A DNA stretch of 32,000 bases from Jatrophihabitans sp. (GTDB lineage: Bacteria > Actinomycetota > Actinomycetes > Mycobacteriales > Jatrophihabitantaceae), in contig NZ_DATINC010000185.1 of assembly GCF_035474675.1 (NCBI RefSeq), positions 22,456-54,455 of the forward strand, written 5' to 3'. Numbering within the stretch: the first letter of the stretch is position 1; the number at the start of each line of letters is the position of its first letter. Made by a program: the position numbers and the translations under genes. Below the pieces are notes generated by a model. That model ran no database searches. It saw only the letters and a program-made list of their open reading frames with translations, and had not been told where the DNA came from. This document shows positions 7,325 to 13,400 of the stretch, piece by piece.

Positions 7325-9876
7325 CCGGGCAGTCGCTGGGCGAACTGCTGGATGCCGGCACGCTCGCCGGCGCGGACCCGGACTCGATCTACGACGCGTT
7401 CAGCGGCTGGGCGGCGGGCCTGGGCCTGGAGCTGTATCCCGCCCAGTCCGAGGCGCTGATCGAGCTGCTGTCCGGCTCGAACGTGATCCTGTCCACGCCC
7501 ACCGGGTCGGGCAAGTCCCTGGTCGCGACCGGCGCGATCTTCGCCACCCTGCTCTCGCCCCCGTCCGGGCCGGCCACCGGCCAGCAGGCCCGGCGGCGCT
7601 GCTTCTACACCGCGCCGATCAAGGCGCTGGTGAGCGAGAAGTTCTTCGGGCTGTGCGAGGTCTTCGGCTCCGCCCGGGTGGGCATGATGACCGGCGACGC
7701 CAGCGTCAACGGCGAGGCGGAGATCATCTGCTGCACCGCCGAGGTGCTGGCCAACCTGGCGTTGCGGGCCGGCAGCGACGCCGACATCGGCCTGGTGGTG
7801 ATGGACGAGTTCCACTACTACGGCGACGCCGACCGCGGCTGGGCCTGGCAGGTGCCGCTGCTGGAGCTCCCCCGCGCCCAGTTCCTGCTGATGTCGGCCA
7901 CCCTCGGCCCGGTCGGCTTCTTCCGCGACGACCTGACCCGCCGCACCGGGCGGCCGACCGCCGAGGTGGCCTCGGCCGAGCGCCCGGTTCCGCTGTTCCA
8001 CTACTACGCCACCACCCCGCTGCACGAGACCGTCGCCGAGCTGCTGAGCACCGGCCAGTTCCCGGTCTACGTCGTGCACTTCACCCAGGCCGCCGCCCTG
8101 GAACAAGCCCAGGCGCTGACCAGCATCAACGTCTGCAGCCGGGCCGAGAAGGACCTGATCGCTGCGGCGATCGGCGACTTCCGGTTCCGCTCCGGCTTCG
8201 GCAAGACGCTGTCCCGGCTGGTCCGGCACGGCATCGGGGTGCACCACGCCGGGATGCTGCCCCGGTACCGGCGGCTGGTCGAGCAGCTGGCCCAGGCCGG
8301 GCTGCTCAAGGTCATCTGCGGCACCGACACCCTGGGGGTCGGCATCAACGTGCCGATCCGGACGGTGGTGCTCAGCTCGCTGAGCAAGTACGACGGGCGG
8401 CGCAGCCGGCAACTGCAGGCCCGCGAGTTCCACCAGATCGCCGGCCGGGCCGGCCGGGCCGGCTACGACACCGCCGGAACCGTGGTGGTGCAGGCACCCG
8501 AGCACGAGGTGGAGAACGTCCGGCTGCTGGCCAGGGCCGGCGACGACGAGAAGAAGCGCCGCCGGGTGCAGCGCAAGAAGCCGCCGGAGGGCTTCGTCTC
8601 CTGGTCCAAGGCCACCCATGACCGGCTGCTGGCCGCCGAACCGGAGCCGCTGGGCTCGCACTTCGCAGTCAGCCACTCGATGCTGCTCAACGTCATCGCC
8701 CGGCCGGGGGACGCCTTCGCCGCGATGCGCTCGCTGCTGACCGACAACCACGAGCCCCGCCCGGCGCAGCGCCGGCACGTCCGGGCCGCCATCCAGGCCT
8801 ACCGGGCGTTGCTGGCCGCCGGGGTGATCCAGCGGCTCGACGAGCCGGACTCCACCGGCCGGCGGGTGCGGCTCACCGTCGACCTGCCGCCGAACTTCGC
8901 GCTCAACCACCCGCTGTCGACGTTCGCGCTGGCCGCCATCGAGCTGCTCGACCCGGCCTCGGACACCTTCGCCCTCGACGTGCTGTCGGTGATCGAGGCG
9001 ACCCTGGAGGACCCGCGCCAAGTGTTGTATGCCCAGCAGTCCAAGGCGCGCGGCGAGGTGGTCGCCCAGCTCAAGGCCGAGGGGGTGGAGTACGAGGAAC
9101 GGCTGGCCCTGCTGGAGGAGGTCAGCTACCCGCAACCGCTGGCCGAGCTGCTGGAGGCGGCCTACCGCACCTACCGCACCGGCCATCCGTGGCTGGCCGA
9201 CCACGAGCTGCGTCCCAAATCGGTCGTGCGCGACCTGTGGGAGCGCGCGATGAGCTTTTCCGAGTACGTCTCCTACTACGGGCTGACCCGCTCGGAGGGC
9301 CTGCTGCTGCGCTACCTCAGCGACGCCTACCGGGCGCTGCGGGCCGGGGTTCCGCAGGCCGCCCGCACCGAGGGAGTGGAGGACCTGACCGCCTGGCTCG
9401 GCGAGCTGGTGCGCCAGGTGGACTCCAGCCTGCTCGACGAGTGGGAGCAGCTGACCTCGCCCGGGCCCGAGCAGCAGCCGGCGCCGGCCGGTGGGACGGC
9501 CCGGCCGCTGACCACCCAGTCCCGGGCCTTCACGGTGCTGGTCCGCAACGCGCTGTTCCGCCGGGTGGAGCTGGCCGCCCGGCGGCGCTACGCCGAGCTG
9601 GGCGAGCTGGACGCCGAGGCGGGCTGGGACGCCGCGGCCTGGCAGGACGCGCTGAGCGCTTATTTCGACGAGTACGACGAGATCGGCACCGGCCCGGACG
9701 CCCACAGCCCGGAGCTGTTCCGGGTCACCGTGGAGCCGGGCCGCTGGCTGGTGCGGCAGGTGCTGCACGACGAGAACGCCGAGCACGCCTGGGGAATCGA
9801 CGCCGAGGTCGACCTCGCCGCCAGCGACGAGGCCGGTGAGCTGGTGCTGCGCGTCACCGGGGTGGGCCACTGGTGA
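7321..9876 (+). CDS. Ski2-like DEAD/DEAH-box helicase with long C-terminal domain (DUF3516-type, from memory)
   Basis: ORF 6721..9876 trimmed to the GTG at 7321 (GTGA overlap with the peptidase stop). Motif I STPTGSGKS, II DEFH, III SAT, HHAGMLP, V TDTLGVGINVP, VI QIAGRAGRAG. 851 aa. Confidence 0.9.
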   Translation: MTGQSLGELLDAGTLAGADPDSIYDAFSGWAAGLGLELYPAQSEALIELLSGSNVILSTPTGSGKSLVATGAIFATLLSPPSGPATGQQARRRCFYTAPIKALVSEKFFGLCEVFGSARVGMMTGDASVNGEAEIICCTAEVLANLALRAGSDADIGLVVMDEFHYYGDADRGWAWQVPLLELPRAQFLLMSATLGPVGFFRDDLTRRTGRPTAEVASAERPVPLFHYYATTPLHETVAELLSTGQFPVYVVHFTQAAALEQAQALTSINVCSRAEKDLIAAAIGDFRFRSGFGKTLSRLVRHGIGVHHAGMLPRYRRLVEQLAQAGLLKVICGTDTLGVGINVPIRTVVLSSLSKYDGRRSRQLQAREFHQIAGRAGRAGYDTAGTVVVQAPEHEVENVRLLARAGDDEKKRRRVQRKKPPEGFVSWSKATHDRLLAAEPEPLGSHFAVSHSMLLNVIARPGDAFAAMRSLLTDNHEPRPAQRRHVRAAIQAYRALLAAGVIQRLDEPDSTGRRVRLTVDLPPNFALNHPLSTFALAAIELLDPASDTFALDVLSVIEATLEDPRQVLYAQQSKARGEVVAQLKAEGVEYEERLALLEEVSYPQPLAELLEAAYRTYRTGHPWLADHELRPKSVVRDLWERAMSFSEYVSYYGLTRSEGLLLRYLSDAYRALRAGVPQAARTEGVEDLTAWLGELVRQVDSSLLDEWEQLTSPGPEQQPAPAGGTARPLTTQSRAFTVLVRNALFRRVELAARRRYAELGELDAEAGWDAAAWQDALSAYFDEYDEIGTGPDAHSPELFRVTVEPGRWLVRQVLHDENAEHAWGIDAEVDLAASDEAGELVLRVTGVGHW

Positions 9877-10882
9877 CGGCGGCGCCGGCGGTCGACTCGC
9901 GCACCTGCAGGCGGTGCCCGGCGACCACGTCCACCGGTGGGCCGGCCGAGCGTTCCCGCAACCGCCGGCACAGCAGTTCCACTGCCGTCTCGGCAATGCC
10001 GGCCTTGTCCGGCGCGACGGTGGTCAGGCTCGGGGTGCAGTAGCGGGCCTCCTCGATGTCGTCGAAGCCGGTCACCGCCACCTCCTCGGGCACCCGCACC
10101 CCGGCCGACAGCAGGGTGCGCAGGGCGCCGACCGCGAGCAGGTCGCTGGCACACACCACCGCATCCGGCAGCTGCCGGCCGGCGAGCAGCCGGGTCATCG
10201 CCGCCGCCCCCTCGGTCCGCCGGAACGGGCCGGTCGGCAGGATCAGGTCCTCGTCGAGCCGGTGGCCGGCCTCGACCAGCGCCGACCGGTAGCCGGCCAA
10301 CCGCACCCCGCCGATCCGGGTGGCCGGCTGCTCGCCGATGAAGGCGATCCGCCGCCGGCCCAGCTCGATCAGGTGCCGGGTGACCTCCCGCGCTGCCTGC
10401 ACACTGTCTACAGCGACGTGGTCGGCGGCGGGCCGGGGAAACCGCTCGCCCAGCAGCACCAGCGGCCGCTGGCCGGCCAGCTCCACGACGTCGGCGCCGG
10501 TCAGCGCCAGCGGGCAGGCGATGCAGCCGTCGATGCGGTGGAACCGGGAACCGGCTGCGGCCTGCCGTTCCAGGCCGCGGTCGCCGCCGGTCTGCTCGAT
10601 CAGCACCGTCCAGCCCTGCCGGGCGGCCGCCTCGACGATCAGCCCGCTCAGCTCGGCGAAGTACGGCTCGTCCAGCGCCGGGATGGCCAGCGCGATCAGG
10701 TCGGTGCGGCCGGTGCGCAGCCCGCGGGCGGAGATGTTCGGCCGGTAGTCCAGGGCCTCCAGCGCGGCGCGCACCCGGGCCGCGGTGGCCGCGCTGACCG
10801 CCGGGGAGTTGTTCACCACGTTGGACACCGTCTTGATCGACACGCCAGCCAGCCGGGCCACGTCCTTCAGGCTGACGGCCAT
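9854..10882 (-). CDS. LacI-family transcriptional regulator
   Basis: ORF 9854..11020(-) trimmed to the ATG at 10880-10882 (MAVSLKDVARLAGVSIKTVSNVVNN...ARGLRTGRT). Classic LacI HTH followed by a periplasmic-binding-protein-like core. 342 aa. Its 3' end overlaps the helicase 3' end by 23 nt. Confidence 0.9.
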   Translation of the reverse strand: MAVSLKDVARLAGVSIKTVSNVVNNSPAVSAATAARVRAALEALDYRPNISARGLRTGRTDLIALAIPALDEPYFAELSGLIVEAAARQGWTVLIEQTGGDRGLERQAAAGSRFHRIDGCIACPLALTGADVVELAGQRPLVLLGERFPRPAADHVAVDSVQAAREVTRHLIELGRRRIAFIGEQPATRIGGVRLAGYRSALVEAGHRLDEDLILPTGPFRRTEGAAAMTRLLAGRQLPDAVVCASDLLAVGALRTLLSAGVRVPEEVAVTGFDDIEEARYCTPSLTTVAPDKAGIAETAVELLCRRLRERSAGPPVDVVAGHRLQVRESTAGAAVTSGPPR

Positions 10883-10943
10883 CCGCACCCTCCCTCGCTG
10901 CCCCGGCGGCCGGTTCCGCGCCGCATGACTGCTCGAAACGTAC

Positions 10944-10959
10944 CTGCCGGTACCGGCAG
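10944..10959. promoter_or_regulatory. Perfect 16-bp palindrome CTGCCGGTACCGGCAG upstream of the LacI gene (candidate operator)
   Basis: Read directly from the sequence. It lies 62-77 nt upstream of the LacI start. It is followed by two related CCGGTA-type copies (CCGGTAGCCGG at 10960-10970, CCGTACCGG at 10971-10979). Confidence 0.35.
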
Positions 10960-10986
10960 CCGGTAGCCGGCCGTACCGGCGTTTGC

Positions 10987-11000
10987 CCTGTTGGAACAGG
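10987..11000. promoter_or_regulatory. 14-bp dyad CCTGTTggAACAGG (candidate LacI-type operator)
   Basis: 6-bp arms with a 2-nt centre in the LacI-afsA intergenic region. The TGTT..AACA core resembles the half-site style of LacI-family operators. Confidence 0.3.
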
Positions 11001-11034
11001 CTAAGGCGGATCAGGCGCACCCTGCCGCGAGGCG

Positions 11035-11064
11035 TTACAGCATGATGTTTAGTAAAGGTAAAGT
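11035..11064 (+). promoter_or_regulatory. Candidate sigma70-type promoter of the afsA-like gene
   Basis: TTACAG (11035-11040), an 18-nt spacer and TAAAGT (11059-11064, fits TAnnnT), inside the only AT-rich patch of the intergenic region. About 70 nt upstream of the TTG start. Prediction by eye only. Confidence 0.25.
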
Positions 11065-11133
11065 CTTACGTAGACAGCGTGCAGGCGGATACGGTCCCTG
11101 CCATTTCAGGCACTGCTGCGGGGGGAGGGTCTG

Positions 11134-12063
11134 TTGTCTACGTCCGATCCGGCAGCACCGGCGGGCCGCCCCCTGCACTGGGACCGCACCATCGACCGCG
11201 GGCTGGTGCACCGCGACGCGATCGCCGAGGTGCTGCTCACCGACCTGCTCCGGACCGGCGAGACCAGCTTCCTGGTCGCGGCCCAGTGGTCGAGGTCGCA
11301 CCGGGTGTACCGGCCCGACGCCACCGGCCGGCACGATCCGATGCTGTTCCTGGAATCCATCCGGCAGAGCGGCCTGGCCGTCTCGCACCTGGCATTCGGC
11401 GTCGGCCCCGACCAGCAGTCGCTGATGCGCGACGTCAGCTTCACCCTCGACCCGCGCACCGAGCCGCGGGGACTGCTGCACTCGACCAACCTGGCCATCA
11501 CGGTCGACTGCCGGGACCTGATCGTCCGGTCCGGCCGGCTGCGCGGCATGACGCTGGAGCTGACCTTCGCCGCCGACGACCTGCAGTTCGCCACCGGGTA
11601 CGGGACCATCCGGTGGATCTCGGCGGGCAGCTACGCCGCGTTGCGGGCCCGCACCGGCCACCGGCTGGACTGGGACCAGTTGCGGTGGAGCAGCACCATC
11701 CCGCCGCGGGTGGCCTCGACCATCCGGGATGCCCCGGACGTGCTGCTGGCCGCCGAGCCCGGCCCGGGCCCGCGCCGGCGGCTGGTGGTGCCGCTGGAGC
11801 ACCCGGTGTACTTCGACCACGCACTCGACCACGCACCCGGCATGCTGCTGATGGACGCCGCCTGGCAGGCGGTCTTCGAGCACCGGGGCGACCGCGCCCG
11901 GCTGGTCAGCTGCGCGCTGGACTGCCCTACCTTCACCGAGCTCGGCGTCGACACCGACATCCTGCTGCTGCCGGTGTCGGCCCAGACCACCGAGTTCGCC
12001 GTGCTGCAGGCCGGCCAGCGCACCGCGTTCGGCTACGTGCGGGTAGGACCGGCGCCGCCCTGA
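11134..12063 (+). CDS. afsA: AfsA/ScbA-family gamma-butyrolactone (autoregulator) synthase
   Basis: 309-aa ORF with two AfsA-type hotdog repeats: N-terminal LVHRDAIAEVLLTD and C-terminal HPVYFDHALDHAPGMLLMDAAWQA, which matches the DH.PGM...EA.RQA signature of AfsA/ScbA. TTG start at 11134 preceded by GGGGAGGG. Confidence 0.85.
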   Translation: MSTSDPAAPAGRPLHWDRTIDRGLVHRDAIAEVLLTDLLRTGETSFLVAAQWSRSHRVYRPDATGRHDPMLFLESIRQSGLAVSHLAFGVGPDQQSLMRDVSFTLDPRTEPRGLLHSTNLAITVDCRDLIVRSGRLRGMTLELTFAADDLQFATGYGTIRWISAGSYAALRARTGHRLDWDQLRWSSTIPPRVASTIRDAPDVLLAAEPGPGPRRRLVVPLEHPVYFDHALDHAPGMLLMDAAWQAVFEHRGDRARLVSCALDCPTFTELGVDTDILLLPVSAQTTEFAVLQAGQRTAFGYVRVGPAPP

Positions 12064-12064
12064 C

Positions 12065-12124
12065 TCAGTCCTGGCGAGTTCAGTCTTGGCGGGTTCAGTC
12101 CTGGCGGGTTCAGTCCTGGCGGGA
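12065..12124. repeat. 15-bp tandem repeat x4 (TCAGTCCTGGCGGGT-like)
   Basis: Units TCAGTCCTGGCGAGT (12065-12079), TCAGTCTTGGCGGGT (12080-12094), TCAGTCCTGGCGGGT (12095-12109) and TCAGTCCTGGCGGGA (12110-12124). The last unit encodes the receptor C-terminus (..RQD stop). The repeat fills the 46-nt gap between the convergent afsA and receptor genes. Confidence 0.95.
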
Positions 12125-12793
12125 CCGGTCGAGATCGGGCTCGGGCGGCGACTTGCGCACCGCGGCCCGAACCCGGCGCACCGCGCGCTGGGTGGCCGCC
12201 CAGTCCGGCTCGGAGGCGATCCCGACCAGGAAGATCTTCCAGAACTCGTCCAGCCGGGCCTCCAGGTCGGTCCGGTCGGTCAGGATCTCCGAGACGTGCT
12301 GGATGCCGAAGAAGCTGCCGACCAGCGACCGGGCGATCGGCCCGGGTTGCAGCCCGGGCCGCAGCTGGCCTTCTCGGCGGGCCCGTCCGAACAGCTCCTG
12401 CAGGATGCCGATCCAGCCGACGAACGGGGTTGGCATGGCCGCGTGCACCAGCTCCCGCTCGAAGGACAGCCGGATGCCGGCGGTGGTGAGCACGTCGTCA
12501 CGGAACCGGCTGCCCACCTCGTAGGTCAGCGCCACCACCCCGGTGAGAGCGTCCGGCGAATGCTCGATGATCGCCGCCACCACCGCCGGCCACTGGGCGA
12601 ACTGCTCCTCGACGATCGCCACCGCGAGCGCTTCCTTGCTGGCGAAATGGAAGTACACCGCGCCCTTGGTGACGCCGGCAGCCTCCACGATGTCGTTCAT
12701 GCTGGCGCCCAGGAAGCCGGTCCGGGCGAACACCTCCGCGGCGGCGAGCAGCACGCGGCCACGAGTCAGGACCGCTCGCTGCTGCATCGCCAC
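12110..12793 (-). CDS. ArpA/ScbR-type gamma-butyrolactone receptor (TetR family)
   Basis: The 227-aa ORF aligns by eye along its whole length with ScbR. Matches include the HTH ...DIVEAAGVTKGAVYFHFASKEALA, then GIRLS..., the conserved ligand-pocket Trp (FVGW) and GIQHVSE. GTG start at 12791-12793, 8 nt after AAGGAGGAA. Confidence 0.9.
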   Translation of the reverse strand: MAMQQRAVLTRGRVLLAAAEVFARTGFLGASMNDIVEAAGVTKGAVYFHFASKEALAVAIVEEQFAQWPAVVAAIIEHSPDALTGVVALTYEVGSRFRDDVLTTAGIRLSFERELVHAAMPTPFVGWIGILQELFGRARREGQLRPGLQPGPIARSLVGSFFGIQHVSEILTDRTDLEARLDEFWKIFLVGIASEPDWAATQRAVRRVRAAVRKSPPEPDLDRSRQD

Positions 12794-12865
12794 AGGCGCT
12801 TCCTCCTTGACCGTGCGAGTCCGAAAGTCTAACCGGCAGCCTTCCCCGCTGGGCTTCCACCACTT

Positions 12866-12886
12866 TGTCCAGATTCCCCCTGGACA
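12866..12886. promoter_or_regulatory. 21-bp dyad TGTCCAG-N7-CTGGACA upstream of the receptor gene (candidate operator)
   Basis: Perfect 7-bp arms at 12866-12872 and 12880-12886, lying 73-93 nt upstream of the receptor start codon. TetR-family autoregulation through palindromic operators is the norm. Confidence 0.35.
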
Positions 12887-12906
12887 CGGCTCGAAAAAGA
12901 CCGCGT

Positions 12907-12945
12907 GGTCGGTTTACTTTCCCTCGCTCCGGGTTTACTCTTTCC
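12907..12945. promoter_or_regulatory. Two direct GGTTTACT..TTCC repeats spaced 21 bp
   Basis: GGTTTACT occurs at 12911-12918 and 12932-12939, each followed by (C)TTTCC. The first copy, GGTCGGTTTAC (12907-12917), matches 9 of 11 positions of the ArpA half-site GG(T/C)CGGT(A/T)(T/C)G(T/G) as I remember it. No inverted partner half is present. Confidence 0.3.
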
Positions 12946-13284
12946 GCAGCGGCGCGCGGAGTCAGGTCAAACTCCTGCAGCGCCGCGCCAACTTTGCCAT
13001 AGAGCGGTGGCGGTCAGCCGCCTCCGCTTTTGTGCGTGCCGCGGAGGATGGGCCTATGAGCGACACTTCGCCGCGTCAGCGACTGTTTGCCCTGCCATGC
13101 TCCTATTCCCCTGGCTCCAACGGCAAGGCTAAAGGAGGCATTGCTGACAATTGCCTCGTTCCTGGTTTAAACTAGCTGCGCCGAGGTGGGCGGGGTAGAT
13201 GTCAACCGACGCTGTCCGGACGGCACCGATGGGCGCGCCGACCCGAGCACATGATGCTGTTGCGCGACCGCCAGACATGCTGCG

Positions 13285-13306
13285 GGAACCGTCCTAGGAG
13301 CGGTCC
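13285..13306. promoter_or_regulatory. Imperfect 22-bp palindrome GGAACCGTCCTAGGAGCGGTCC upstream of pglW
   Basis: 16 of 22 positions are symmetric around a perfect TCCTAGGA core. It lies 95-116 nt upstream of the pglW GTG. Confidence 0.3.
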
Positions 13307-13400
13307 GCCGCCGCCGGGGGCTATGCCGAAAACATCGGGCTACGGCTGGCAAGATATGACGCGCGTGTGATCGATCTTGGCCGAAGGGAGGCAAGGCCAC

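Noticed and set aside
7249-9996. 915-aa ORF antisense to the helicase gene, with similar antisense ORFs 21886..24018(-), 19016..19717(-) and 20647..21879(-) inside the BREX genes
   Set aside because: These are antisense to ORFs that carry complete, ordered catalytic motifs. The translations are low-complexity with no recognisable domains.
12065-12124. The tandem repeat considered as a possible CRISPR array
   Set aside because: The units are only 15 bp and directly abutting, with no spacers. It is a microsatellite-type tandem duplication of the receptor gene's 3' end.
12907-12917. Calling GGTCGGTTTAC a bona fide ArpA-type operator
   Set aside because: Only a single half-site-like match (9 of 11 positions, against a consensus recalled from memory) is present, with no inverted partner. 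It is kept as a candidate motif and not asserted as a receptor binding site.
13377-13400. TTG at 13377 as the pglW start, and the GTG at 24831 as the pglZ start
   Set aside because: The strong GAAGGGAGG lies downstream of the TTG and 9 nt upstream of the GTG at 13401. For pglZ, the GTG at 24843 reproduces the 4-nt overlap pattern seen at the other junctions. Both longer starts remain possible.
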